A stretch of 64,000 nt of DNA from [Candidatus Thermochlorobacteriaceae] bacterium GBChlB (GCA_000724175.1 JPGV01000003.1:4205-68204), one strand, 5' to 3'. Counted from the first letter of the stretch, positions 36,701 to 45,944 are shown. The notes: generated by a model from the letters alone, not told the origin. Program-made: numbers and translations.

Positions 36701-38609
36701 CAGTTTGCCGCGCCAAGCATACAATCATATTTCTGGCATCGGGCAATTGCCGATTGACTTATCCATCAACGCTGACAAAATTTTCCGCGACGACGCCGAC
36801 CTGTCTGTTCGGATAAAATCCAGCGACCTGACACCAAAACTCTTGGAGTTCTTCTTTCCGCTTCGGAATGCGTCGGGCGACATTTTGGCGGACTTCTCGC
36901 TCACGGGCAGATTCCCGAAACCTGCAATGGAACTTGAACTGTCGCTCGTTCAAGTGAAAGCAACCGCGATTGCATCAAGTGTTCCGTATCTGCTCAATGG
37001 ACATATTTTCATCACGCCCGACCGCGTTACTTGGAAAGAGGCATCGGTTGCGGACAATAGCGTCGGTCGCGGAACAACATCGGGCGTCGTCCGAATGAAC
37101 ACATTTGATGTGCAAGACTTCGACATTGCATTTCAATTTGACCAGTTGAAGTTGCTCGATATTCCCGCTGCAAAGAAGGACGAGACCATCGGCAGGCTCA
37201 TCGCCAGTTCAAAAGAACTGCGGCTCTACGGCAACCTTGACCACATGGAGCTTAACGGCGCGATTGAACTCAACACGACGCAGCTCATGCAATTTCGTTC
37301 CTCGACGAGTGCAACTGCAAAAATCGCCGAAGCCAATGCGTTCATCACCACGATTGTCGAAGAAGACACGTCGCTCGAAGCGCGGCTCAAACGCAACCCG
37401 CGCCTCAACTTGACGCTCGATGAAGAATTTGAACTTTCCGAATCAGCACGGCTTTCGCGCTCGGTGGCGAAATCATCGTTTATGGACGATTTGGACATGA
37501 ACTTGAAAGTCTCTATCCAGCAGCCGATTGGCTACGCGATTGTGTTCGATAAATATCTCGGCGAAAAATTAGAAACCGTGATTGACGAACTGACGATGTC
37601 GTTGCAGAAGCGCGGCGCACAATACATCGTCTTCGGCAATGCAGGCATTGCGGGCGGACGATACAACGCCTACGGAAAATCGTTTGAGCTTGAACAAGGC
37701 GGAAAAATGACATGGCGCGGCGGCGGGCTTTCCGATGCCGATATGGACATTTTCGCCCGATATGCCACGCGGATTCAATCGCCGACACGCAACGATTTCG
37801 ATAACGTTTTAGTTCGGCTTCGGATTGCAGGGACAATCGATGACCCGAACATCGAAATCGGGTATATCGTCAATGAACGACAGTTTCGGCAGCCAAACAC
37901 TAAGTTGCCGGGCGAGGACGACCCTAACGCACTGCCGAATTTCATCACGCTCGTTACGGCAAACCAATGGTTCTCGCCGCCGGGCAGTCAGGGAAGTTCT
38001 GGGCTCTCGGCGAACACACTTCGGAGCGCTGGACTTTCGGCGGGTGCAGGCTTGCTCTCGTCCCAAGTAACGCGGCTGGCATCGGGCATCACAGGCGTTC
38101 AATCGGTCAACATTGGCTTCGCGCAAGACCGGTCGGGCAATGTGGCAGGGCTTGACGCATCGGTCGGCTACGCGGTGCCGGGAACAGACGGTCGACTGAT
38201 TGTTACGGGGTCGGTCTCGACGGCGACGGCAGATTCGTTGGGATTGCGCAACAACACCCTGAGCAACTCTCAAAAACTGGAATACCGTGTTACGCGCAAC
38301 GTGATTCTCGAAGCATTTCGAAACTTCGGACCGAACAACTTTAATTTGTTCAACAACGCGATTGCCGAAGTCTGGGGCGTTGGCGTGTCGTATCGAGAGA
38401 ACTTTCACAGTTGGACAGAACTCGGCGAGCGCTGGAATCGATACATCAGTGATTTTGTGGCATGGATTAGCGGCTCTCGTCGCGCCGAAAACATACTGAC
38501 GCCAACCACACCGCCCGATTCAGTGAAAACACAGGCGCCGAAGGATTCCACTTTAAAATCAGCCGCACCGCCCGACTCAACGCGCGTCGGCAAAACGACC
38601 TCTCGATGA
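33741..38609 (+). CDS. tamB: TamB-like translocation and assembly module protein (AsmA-like, C-terminal DUF490-type region)
   Basis: 1622 aa. Has a single N-terminal TM anchor and a long beta-rich repetitive body. The C-terminal region (...DMDIFARYATRI...VRLRIAGTIDDPNIEIGY...) resembles the TamB C-terminus. It forms an ATGA overlap with coaBC. Confidence 0.7.
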   Translation: MVRFFTWVRYLLIYSSRSAFSALALVLVLVGGGYGFAQTDAGKAFIKSKVQALFAQNFNGRIDFESLSISLPNKLLLNGFKVYVGKDRLPSVAAASISVEVLPDVIYDGLLNGFLDRVHVRKIEIVEPTLRLIEDDAGDFTLLQLLKPDSTAKPDTNIERLPRIILDEVAILNGDVLWKRLVKSATTNASAQFSEQRVAKLNIRLKVEIAEKLVAGVLQEFNFELQPVDFTLQNVSGYFRITDQQIELLSFQAATSESDVSCTAQISGVNVFDSVSVDALKNALIAVHLRSEKLSLQEFKRFAPSISLPSGNYSFTLDAKGTSESLTIKPSFIQTPASRLNIEGTVENLADIEKLRVDVSTKNSFLSTEELPKLLPKIDLPDVSRFGKVVLNGRFRGSMRKIRTEFSLSTRAGDGVADMDVGFGKNAPLTYNGSLTIRSLNLAAALGDSSRKTNINFTGTVEGRGTTITDADAHFTGRLEKSTILKREISSAQLDITVKDKRVTGDFKLYADTQAVAFNGVIDFSKPEPTYEGAGRLERFNLGKWIQDDSLQTSLSLNYTVNGKNFAPDKASGFFEITFDSSSIIALTIPKGAVAALSIDQTPESSSINLTSDIVSFEANGKFDLAKLYQLISLEGSVLREELYKDNIFRDETTEEMRKRAAARADSLLAAISKSKRLKSTHATLDSIGVLPDLDATYALRFKKLSQLALLVKSNYFNAVGAVTGTLRTSARRCTFTAAVASDSASFGSVFAARTLKGALVYTDSISIDTVLRRPQHTLSATFNANVFRMKLAQQRFVKTNFKSKYTTGDLDLNFRTTNQNTKGLIDLDVDIRVIDDRYEANIRNASFATQNYLWQSDPFAKIQISKNLVKFENVHFTNDDQDIRIEGALEPSGNNYISLLVKNFSLAELRQFIFNNPNQRLDGRLNLSADFSGNLVAPSIAFEANLDQFSYDIVDFGHIGLRGGYANRQFTFSFEANLDTVRYAALSLPRQAYNHISGIGQLPIDLSINADKIFRDDADLSVRIKSSDLTPKLLEFFFPLRNASGDILADFSLTGRFPKPAMELELSLVQVKATAIASSVPYLLNGHIFITPDRVTWKEASVADNSVGRGTTSGVVRMNTFDVQDFDIAFQFDQLKLLDIPAAKKDETIGRLIASSKELRLYGNLDHMELNGAIELNTTQLMQFRSSTSATAKIAEANAFITTIVEEDTSLEARLKRNPRLNLTLDEEFELSESARLSRSVAKSSFMDDLDMNLKVSIQQPIGYAIVFDKYLGEKLETVIDELTMSLQKRGAQYIVFGNAGIAGGRYNAYGKSFELEQGGKMTWRGGGLSDADMDIFARYATRIQSPTRNDFDNVLVRLRIAGTIDDPNIEIGYIVNERQFRQPNTKLPGEDDPNALPNFITLVTANQWFSPPGSQGSSGLSANTLRSAGLSAGAGLLSSQVTRLASGITGVQSVNIGFAQDRSGNVAGLDASVGYAVPGTDGRLIVTGSVSTATADSLGLRNNTLSNSQKLEYRVTRNVILEAFRNFGPNNFNLFNNAIAEVWGVGVSYRENFHSWTELGERWNRYISDFVAWISGSRRAENILTPTTPPDSVKTQAPKDSTLKSAAPPDSTRVGKTTSR

Positions 38610-39859
38610 GCGACATCATGTTGGGAAAAAAAATTCTGCTTGGTGTCTCCGGCGGAATCGCGGCGTATAAAATGCCCTTGCTCGTGCGGCTCTTTGTGAA
38701 AGCAGGCGCGGAGGTGCAAGTAATCATGACAGCACGCACGAAACAGTTTGTAACACCCGATACGCTTGCGGTTCTCTCCAAACGCCCAGTATTGACCGAT
38801 GTTTTCGGCGCATTCGCACAGCCGTCGCACTGGGCGGAGCATATTCGTTTGGGGGAATGGGCGGACATGTTCCTCGTTGCGCCTGCCACTGCAAACACGC
38901 TCGCCAAACTTGCGCACGGCTTCGGCGACGATATGCTCTCGATTGTCTATCTCGCGCTGCGCCCGAATAAACCGCGTTTGGTGTTTCCTGCTATGGACGG
39001 CGAGATGTTCACGGCTGCCTCGGTTCAACGCAACATTGAGCAGTTGGTTCAAGATGGCTGCACAGTTATTCCGCCTGAACATGGTGACTTGGCGTCGGGA
39101 CTGGTCGGCGTCGGTCGATTGCCCGAACCCGAAACGATATTCGCCCACGCGGTCAAAGCACTGGCAGGCAGCACCGATGCGCTCGATGAGGACGAGCAGA
39201 AATATCGCGGCAAACACATTGTGGTAACGGCAGGCGCAACACGCGAAAAGATTGACCCTGTTCGATTTATCTCGAACTACTCATCGGGCAAAATGGGATT
39301 CGCTTTGGCAGAGGCAGCAGCGCAGTTGGGCGCAACGGTTACGCTCATCACGGGAAAGACGCCGCTTGCGACGCCGCCGACCGTCGCACGCATCAACATT
39401 GAGAGCGCCGAAGAGATGCTTCGTGCGGCGGAATCGGAGTTCGCACGGGCAGATATGTTCATTGCGGCAGCGGCAGTGGCAGACTACCGTCCTGTTGAAG
39501 TTCAATCCGAAAAACTCAAAAAATCGGACAGCGAGTTTTCGCTGCGCTTGATAAAAAATCCAGACATTCTCGCCGCCTTTGGCGCCCAAAAAAAGCCGCA
39601 CCAAGTCGCTATTGGCTTCGCGCTCGAGACACACAATGGCATCGAGAACGCCAAGGAAAAACTGCTCAAAAAAAATCTCGATATGATTGTCCTCAACTCC
39701 GCTAATGAAGCTGGCGCAGGCTTCGATGTTGAAACGAACATCATTACCATTATCACGCGCGACGGCTTTGCCGAAAAATTCCCTTTAATGCACAAGCGCA
39801 ACGCTGCCAAAACCATCTTGAAAAAAGCCGCCGCCTTTTTGAGCGCAATAGCGTCTTAG
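38606..39859 (+). CDS. coaBC: Bifunctional phosphopantothenoylcysteine decarboxylase / phosphopantothenate-cysteine ligase
   Basis: 417 aa. Has the N-terminal flavoprotein motif ILLGVSGGIAAYK and PATANTLAK, plus the C-terminal CoaB motif NYSSGKMG. Confidence 0.93.
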   Translation: MSDIMLGKKILLGVSGGIAAYKMPLLVRLFVKAGAEVQVIMTARTKQFVTPDTLAVLSKRPVLTDVFGAFAQPSHWAEHIRLGEWADMFLVAPATANTLAKLAHGFGDDMLSIVYLALRPNKPRLVFPAMDGEMFTAASVQRNIEQLVQDGCTVIPPEHGDLASGLVGVGRLPEPETIFAHAVKALAGSTDALDEDEQKYRGKHIVVTAGATREKIDPVRFISNYSSGKMGFALAEAAAQLGATVTLITGKTPLATPPTVARINIESAEEMLRAAESEFARADMFIAAAAVADYRPVEVQSEKLKKSDSEFSLRLIKNPDILAAFGAQKKPHQVAIGFALETHNGIENAKEKLLKKNLDMIVLNSANEAGAGFDVETNIITIITRDGFAEKFPLMHKRNAAKTILKKAAAFLSAIAS

Positions 39860-39914
39860 ATAATCTGACCTTCACAATAGATTCCTCGCTCTGGCTCGGA
39901 ATGACTTTCGCGAC

Positions 39915-41525
39915 ATGGTGCCAAAAACACACTTTGGCTACCCAACCGACCTGCTTGTAAAAAGCTGCGTGTCGTGCCTATCTTACCAACCATCCAAGTG
40001 CCTAAATCAACGAAACAGTATGGTCAGTCAACGAGGGCAATCGTTATCAAAGTCGTCCCGCTTGAAGCCGTCGCGAAAGCCGCTCTATGCAGTGCCTGCT
40101 GCTGACATTGATGCGCTGTGTGAACAGTCGTCGTCGCTGCTCAACAGCGATGTGCAAGGGGCGTTGAAATTAGCCCAAGCTGCATACACTGCGTCGCTTG
40201 AACGGGGCGACAATGCTGGGTTGGCGAAAAGCTTATGTGCAGTGGCGGCGTGCCATTTTCGGCTCTCTCAATACGCTGACGCCGAAACAGAGTTCACCGA
40301 ATCGCACATCGGAATGGGCATTACGTATTGGAATTACGGGGATTATGAAAAAGCGCTGGAGACGCACCTGAACGCCTTTGCGCTCATTAAACGCATCGCG
40401 GATAAACAAAAAGAAGCGCAACTGCTGACCAACATCGGCACGATTTACAATCAATTAGGCGACCATACTTCGGCTCTGAAATATCATTCCGCCTGTCTCG
40501 AACTCAGCCGCAGCCTCAACGACCTTGTGCGCGAAGCCAATGCGTTGAACAATCTGACATACACTTATTGGCAACGCGGCGATGTCGAGCGGTCAGCCGA
40601 ATCGCAACGCACTTGCTTGGAATTGAAACGCCGCATCGGCGACCGGCGCGGCGAAGCGCTCTCGCTTATCAACCTATCTGAACTGGAAGACCACTTTGGA
40701 CGAAGCGACGCGGCTGCCGTTGCACTCGACGCGGCTTTATCAATCGTGCGAGACATCGGCGACCAACATACCGAAGCACGCTGCTTGTATGCGCAAGGGC
40801 AACTGCATCTCAAACACCGCCGCGCTCAAGAGGCGCTTGAGCCGCTTTCAGCCGCACTTGCGCTTGCCGAAACGGTCAAGGCTAAGCCAGAACAAATCGA
40901 TTGCCTTTACGCGCTTGGCGACTGCTATGAACAGCTCCATCAGCTTAGCTCATCTCTTGCCTGTTACAAACGCGGGTTCGCTTTGGAAAAAGAGTTGATG
41001 CAAACAAAAGCCGCAGAGAAACTTCAACATCTTCAATCGCAGTTTCAAGTCGAGCAAGCGCGGCGCGAGAACGAGCGGCTTGAACAGGAACTTGACCTCA
41101 AACGCCGAAGCCTGCAAGCCTCTGCGCTCGCCATCACGAATAAAAACGAAATGCTCAAGGCGATTCGAAAATCCGTTGTTGCAATTCGTTTAGAGACGGG
41201 ACAAAAAACCAGAGACCAGCTGATTTCAAGCCTGATTTCGCGGATTGATTCCCACATTGACTCGGAGCGCGCATGGGCAGCCTTTGAAAAGGACTTGAGC
41301 CTTATCAATCCCGATTTTTTGCACACGCTCGCCAAACGCTTTCCGATGCTCTCGCCGCAGGAACTTAAAATTTGCTCGTTGCTTCGAGAGGACATCAAGA
41401 CAAAACAAATCGCGCTGCTGCTCAACCTTTCGCCGCGCACCGTCGAGAAGCACCGTGAGAACATCCGCCGCGCCGTCTTGCTCGATAAAGACCAAAGCCT
41501 CAGCGCGTTTCTTGCCTCGCTTTAA
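39915..41525 (+). CDS. TPR-repeat transcriptional regulator with a C-terminal LuxR/FixJ-type HTH (paralog A; alternative start ATG 40020)
   Basis: Has a TPR array (YEKALETHLNAF, HTSALKYHSACL, ...), a coiled-coil segment, then LSPQELKICSLLREDIKTKQIALLLNLSPRTVEKHRENIRR. Confidence 0.85.
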   Translation: MVPKTHFGYPTDLLVKSCVSCLSYQPSKCLNQRNSMVSQRGQSLSKSSRLKPSRKPLYAVPAADIDALCEQSSSLLNSDVQGALKLAQAAYTASLERGDNAGLAKSLCAVAACHFRLSQYADAETEFTESHIGMGITYWNYGDYEKALETHLNAFALIKRIADKQKEAQLLTNIGTIYNQLGDHTSALKYHSACLELSRSLNDLVREANALNNLTYTYWQRGDVERSAESQRTCLELKRRIGDRRGEALSLINLSELEDHFGRSDAAAVALDAALSIVRDIGDQHTEARCLYAQGQLHLKHRRAQEALEPLSAALALAETVKAKPEQIDCLYALGDCYEQLHQLSSSLACYKRGFALEKELMQTKAAEKLQHLQSQFQVEQARRENERLEQELDLKRRSLQASALAITNKNEMLKAIRKSVVAIRLETGQKTRDQLISSLISRIDSHIDSERAWAAFEKDLSLINPDFLHTLAKRFPMLSPQELKICSLLREDIKTKQIALLLNLSPRTVEKHRENIRRAVLLDKDQSLSAFLASL

Positions 41526-41584
41526 GTTTCTTGCTTCGCTTTAAGTTTCTCGCTTCGCTTTAAGTTTCTCGCTTCGCTTTAAGG
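41508..41584. repeat. 19-bp tandem repeat (about 4 copies) spanning the stop codon of the TPR-LuxR gene
   Basis: The unit is tttaagtttctYgcttcgc, at 41521-41539, 41540-41558 and 41559-41577. There is a partial copy at 41578-41584 and a degenerate copy at 41508-41520 inside the CDS end. Confidence 0.9.
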
Positions 41585-41610
41585 AAACGATAGCGCGAGT
41601 GGTTCGTCCA

Positions 41611-42120
41611 TCACTTGTTTGGATATACAGCAACGGCTTCGATTTCGATGAGATACTCGGGCGAGACAAGCGTTGAGACGCCGATGGTTGAGCGGGCCAC
41701 TTTGACGGGATTTTTTGGATTGTTGAAGAACTCCGCGTAAGCCTCGAACCACCCTTTGAAATCGGGCTTATCGCCGTTTTGTTTATCCGGCGCGACATAG
41801 ACGCGCAGAAAAATTACATCGGCAAGTCCAAGTCCCTGCGCCTTCAAATCCGACTCAATCCGCTTTAAGATTCCAATGGCTTGGGTCTTTGTGTCGCCAT
41901 AGCGGGCGCGCGAACCGACGGGCGCAGTGGTGTCGAGCGCAGGTGCGACGATGCCGCTCGTCAAATAATACGCCCGACCGTCTGGCACAGCGACACCAGA
42001 GAGAATGCTCGAGCGCGCCTCGCCAAATCGCGTTACAGTTTTCGGCAAATTAGTTTGCCCGATGGCTTGCTCAAACAGAGACACGAGCGCGACGAGCAGA
42101 ATCAGGTGGTTTTTTTTCAT
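41611..42120 (-). CDS. RidA/YjgF/TdcF-family protein with an N-terminal signal peptide
   Basis: 169 aa from the ATG at 42120 (MKKNHLILLVALVSLFEQAIGQ...). The C-terminal core ends ...ARSTIGVSTLVSPEYLIEIEAVAV, typical of the YjgF fold. Confidence 0.8.
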   Translation of the reverse strand: MKKNHLILLVALVSLFEQAIGQTNLPKTVTRFGEARSSILSGVAVPDGRAYYLTSGIVAPALDTTAPVGSRARYGDTKTQAIGILKRIESDLKAQGLGLADVIFLRVYVAPDKQNGDKPDFKGWFEAYAEFFNNPKNPVKVARSTIGVSTLVSPEYLIEIEAVAVYPNK

Positions 42121-42181
42121 AGCGATTGCGAAACGGTTTAAGGTGTTTGGAAATTTTCCTGTAAGTTTAAGCAACATTATC

Positions 42182-42215
42182 ATCAATACAAGTAATGTAT
42201 CAATACAAGTAATGT
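42182..42215. repeat. Perfect 17-bp tandem duplication covering the acylase start codon
   Basis: atcaatacaagtaatgt occurs twice (42182-42198 and 42199-42215). Copy 2 supplies the ATG at 42212. Copy 1 supplies an ATG that opens a 5-codon uORF (MYQYK) ending in TAATG. Confidence 0.9.
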
Positions 42216-44758
42216 CTCGCGCGGCGAAACTTATCATTGGACTTGCCTTTTCAATCGGGTGCATCGGGTGCGGCGCAACGGCAACGCTCTATTACCTTCT
42301 TCACAAATCGCTGCCACGTTACAACGCCACGCTTACGCTGAACGGATTGCACTCGCCCGTGAAAATTTACTACGACGACTATGCCGTGCCGCACATTGAA
42401 GCCGCATCGGCGTATGATTTGTTTTTCGCGCAGGGTGTTGCCCACGCCCGTGAGCGCCTGTGGCAAATGGATTTTCAACGCCGCGCCGCACAGGGCAGGC
42501 TCTCCGAAGTGTTGGGCGAAGGCGCGCTGGGATTTGATCAACTTTTTCGAACCGTCGGCATTCGCCGTATCGCCGATTCACTCTGGAACAGCGATGCGCT
42601 TAGCCCGCAAACCCGCGCGGCTATGACCGCCTACGCCGACGGCGTCAATGCGTTTCTCGACCTCGTCAAACAAGGCGATGCGACACTGCCAATTGAGTTC
42701 GACATTTTACAATACGACCCCGACCGATGGAAACCGCAAGATTCTATGTCTATCATTCGGCTGATGGGTTGGGAACTCAACATTGCTTGGCACATCGATA
42801 TTGCCATCGCTGACCTAACGGCAAGATTAGGCTATGACAAAGCCGTGCAACTTTATCCCGACTATCCCGCGTCGAAGCCTATCATTGTGCCAGACTCTAC
42901 GCCGCGCCTGACATTGACGCCGCCAGAAAGTGCGCCCTCTGACCTTACTGCCGCCTCGCTCCATGCGTTGAAGCGCTTTCGCGACCTTGACCAAGCCTAC
43001 CGGGCTGTCTCAGGCACGCTCGGCTCGCATATCGGCAGCAATGCTTGGGCGGTTACAAAATCTAAATCCTCGACTGGCAACGCGCTGCTTGCTAATGACC
43101 CACACTTGGGATTTTTCGCGCCGCCGCGTTGGTATGAGATGCAACTCATCTGCGAGAGCGCTGGCATTAATGCGTCGGGCGGGTCGCTGGCGGGCGTGCC
43201 GTCCATTGTGCTTGGGCGCAATGCCGACATTGCTTGGGGACTGACCAATATGATGGTCGACGACTGCGACTTCTTCGTTTCAACAGATTCCGTCGAGATA
43301 CTTCAAGAGGTCTTTGAAGAAATTCACGTCAAAGGCGGACGCATTGAGCCACTGACGGTTCGATATTCCAAACACGGCGTCGTGATTTCCGACGATGTTC
43401 GAGCAGCTACGCACGGCGTGGGCTCGCCCGTGCTACAAACCTACATCATCTCGATGAAGTGGACGGGCGCATTGTTTTCCGATGAAGCGGCCACATTTTT
43501 AGGATTGCTCAGCGCAAAAAATTGGAACGACTTTCGAGGCGCGCTCCGACCGTTTGGATTGCCGGGACAGAATTTTGTGTATGCCGACCGTGCAGGCAAC
43601 ATTGGTTACCATGCTGCCGCCCGCGTGCCGATTCGTCCCGACCGACAAGGATTTCTCTTGCGCGACGCTGCCCAGCCCAACCAAGATTGGCAAGGGTTTG
43701 TCGCGTTTGATTCGCTGCCGAAAGTCTATAACCCACCAAGCGATATGATTGTAACCGCTAACAATAAAATTGTCTCTGATGCTTATCCATATTTTTTGTC
43801 GTCGCTTTGGGAGCCGCCGAGCCGCGCCGAGCGCATCACAGAACTTTTGAACGCAACAGACAAATTCTCGGCAGAGGCGTTCGAGAAAATGCAAACTGAT
43901 GTGGTTTCACCGCACGCCCGCGAAATGACAGCGTTTCTTCTGAGCGCACTGTCCAATGATACGATTCCATCGCATCAACGGGCGCTCACGCTGCTTAAAA
44001 ATTGGGACTACGAGTTTTCTCCGTCGTCGATTGCAGCGACAATTTACGCGCAGTGGTTCAAGCAATTTTTACGCAACACCATTTACGATGAAATGGGCGA
44101 GGACGTTTTTCAGAGCTACATTACGCTCATCAATGCACCGACGCGCGTGATGTATCAACTCGCTTGCGATTCCACCGTCGCCGATGTGCTGCGCGACACC
44201 GTGATGGTCAAAGACATCCGCTACAATCGCTGGTTCGACGACGTGCGCACGACCGAGACCATCGAGACGCGCGACGACATCATTCGAAAAAGTTTTAACC
44301 AAGCCATTGAGATTTTACGTGCCAATTTGGGCGAGAGCGAAGCCGCATGGCCATGGCGAGCCGTGCATCGCTTGACCATCAGGCATCTCTTCGGTCAAAA
44401 ACTGCCCACGTCTTCCGAAAGCGTGCTTGGCGCTATTTTCAATTTAGGCCCATTTGACACGGGTGGCTCATCAACGACCATCAATAACGGCGAGTATTTT
44501 TATCGAATGACTGATTCGCTTGGCGTCTCGGTTGTCGTCGCCGACCAAACCTTAGGCGCAAGTCTGCGGCGTGTTGTGGATATGACGACGCAAAATTTTC
44601 GCAGCGTGATGCCGGGCGGCAATAGTGGCGCGGTTCGCAGCCCGCACTATCAAGACCAGCTTCCGCTTTGGCTCAACGGCACTCTCAAAGACGTTGTGTG
44701 CGACACATCGGCTTTCGAGTTGCGCCGATTCACGCTGACAACGCTCATGCCAAAATAA
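42212..44758 (+). CDS. Penicillin/AHL acylase family (S45 Ntn-hydrolase), paralog 1
   Basis: 848 aa from the ATG at 42212. Has an N-terminal anchor or signal, the alpha-subunit motif DDYAVPHIEA...LFFAQGVAHARERLWQMD and the beta-subunit N-terminal nucleophile context GSNAWAV...NDPHL. Confidence 0.88.
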   Translation: MSRAAKLIIGLAFSIGCIGCGATATLYYLLHKSLPRYNATLTLNGLHSPVKIYYDDYAVPHIEAASAYDLFFAQGVAHARERLWQMDFQRRAAQGRLSEVLGEGALGFDQLFRTVGIRRIADSLWNSDALSPQTRAAMTAYADGVNAFLDLVKQGDATLPIEFDILQYDPDRWKPQDSMSIIRLMGWELNIAWHIDIAIADLTARLGYDKAVQLYPDYPASKPIIVPDSTPRLTLTPPESAPSDLTAASLHALKRFRDLDQAYRAVSGTLGSHIGSNAWAVTKSKSSTGNALLANDPHLGFFAPPRWYEMQLICESAGINASGGSLAGVPSIVLGRNADIAWGLTNMMVDDCDFFVSTDSVEILQEVFEEIHVKGGRIEPLTVRYSKHGVVISDDVRAATHGVGSPVLQTYIISMKWTGALFSDEAATFLGLLSAKNWNDFRGALRPFGLPGQNFVYADRAGNIGYHAAARVPIRPDRQGFLLRDAAQPNQDWQGFVAFDSLPKVYNPPSDMIVTANNKIVSDAYPYFLSSLWEPPSRAERITELLNATDKFSAEAFEKMQTDVVSPHAREMTAFLLSALSNDTIPSHQRALTLLKNWDYEFSPSSIAATIYAQWFKQFLRNTIYDEMGEDVFQSYITLINAPTRVMYQLACDSTVADVLRDTVMVKDIRYNRWFDDVRTTETIETRDDIIRKSFNQAIEILRANLGESEAAWPWRAVHRLTIRHLFGQKLPTSSESVLGAIFNLGPFDTGGSSTTINNGEYFYRMTDSLGVSVVVADQTLGASLRRVVDMTTQNFRSVMPGGNSGAVRSPHYQDQLPLWLNGTLKDVVCDTSAFELRRFTLTTLMPK

Positions 44759-44814
44759 CGAAGCGAACCATTCAACGCGCCTAAGCGTTACGAAGAAAAC
44801 CTAACCCGTTCATT

Positions 44815-45921
44815 ATGAAAAATGTTGTTTCCGCGCTCGCGCTTCTGGCGCTCATTCTTTCGGCGTCTGTTTATGTCGCCTGCGAACAAAAGAGCGATTT
44901 TCAATATGCTTCCAGAACATACCAACTCTCGTTTCCGAAAGACCATGCCGCGCATCACGGCTTTCGAACCGAATGGCAATACTACACTGGACACTTGCGC
45001 TCAACCGACGGACAGCGCTTTGGTTATGAACTGACATTTTTCAGAACTGCGCTGTCGCTTTCCGAAGTCAAGTCGTCGGATAATTTGGCAGGACGCAAAC
45101 AGCTCTACTTCGCGCACTTTGCCATCACTGATGAGACCAACCACCAATTTTATCATGCCGAAAAACAATCGCGTGGCAGTTTCGGCGATGCAGACGCCTC
45201 AGAAAAATACTACAAGACCTTCATTGGCAATTGGTCAGCGCAGCAACTCGGCAACTATACGCTCTTGCAAGCCGAAACCGATACGCTTTCGCTTGTGCTG
45301 ATTCTCGACCCCCTGAAACCCGTTATCCTGCAAGGCGACGCCGGCTACTCGCGCAAAGGCGAAGACGAAAAAAACGCCTCAATGTATTACAGCTATACGC
45401 GGCTTAAAACAACAGGCGCGATTTCAATTCTCGGCAATCGATATACGGTCGAGGGCGAGAGTTGGAACGACCATGAGTTCAGCACCAGCGCGCTGGATAA
45501 AAATTCTATCGGGTGGGATTGGTTCTCGATTCAATTTTCGGACTCGACGGAACTGATGCTTTACCAAGTCCGACAGCGCGACGGCTCGGCAGGAAAATTT
45601 TCAAGCGGTACATTCGTCCGCGCCGATGGCTCAACGGAAAAACTTTCGGTCGCCGATTTCACGATTTCGCCGATGGAAACTTACACGTCCAAAAAAACAG
45701 GCGCGGTTTATCCAAGCAAATGGACACTCGCGATTCCAAAACTCTCCATGGACTTAGTCGTAACGCCGACAGTTCAAGACCAAGAACTCCTAACGAAAGA
45801 ATCTACGCGCATCTCTTATTGGGAAGGCCGTTCAACTGTTTCGGGAACGCGGCAAGGGAAACCACTTTCAGGCAACGCCTATGTCGAACTCACTGGCTAT
45901 GCACAACCGCTTAGTTTTTAG
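44815..45921 (+). CDS. AttH/CrtC-like lipocalin-domain protein (predicted secreted hydrolase/hydratase family)
   Basis: 368 aa. Has a signal peptide ending VYVAC, then FPKDHAAHHGFRTEWQYYTGHL...GYELTFFR, characteristic of the AttH/hydroxyneurosporene-synthase-like family. Confidence 0.72.
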   Translation: MKNVVSALALLALILSASVYVACEQKSDFQYASRTYQLSFPKDHAAHHGFRTEWQYYTGHLRSTDGQRFGYELTFFRTALSLSEVKSSDNLAGRKQLYFAHFAITDETNHQFYHAEKQSRGSFGDADASEKYYKTFIGNWSAQQLGNYTLLQAETDTLSLVLILDPLKPVILQGDAGYSRKGEDEKNASMYYSYTRLKTTGAISILGNRYTVEGESWNDHEFSTSALDKNSIGWDWFSIQFSDSTELMLYQVRQRDGSAGKFSSGTFVRADGSTEKLSVADFTISPMETYTSKKTGAVYPSKWTLAIPKLSMDLVVTPTVQDQELLTKESTRISYWEGRSTVSGTRQGKPLSGNAYVELTGYAQPLSF

Positions 45922-45944
45922 AAAATCTCTCGAGAGCCTAAACT

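Noticed and set aside
42005-42211. 5' extensions of track ORFs: acylase from 42005, MTase to 17616, GT9 to 32135, RidA-like to 42264, amidohydrolase from 46782, acylase 2 from 49447
   Set aside because: The extensions overlap neighbouring genes or divergent promoter regions and encode non-protein-like sequence. Internal ATGs give proper signal peptides or conserved N-termini, and some form ATGA-type coupling with the upstream stop.
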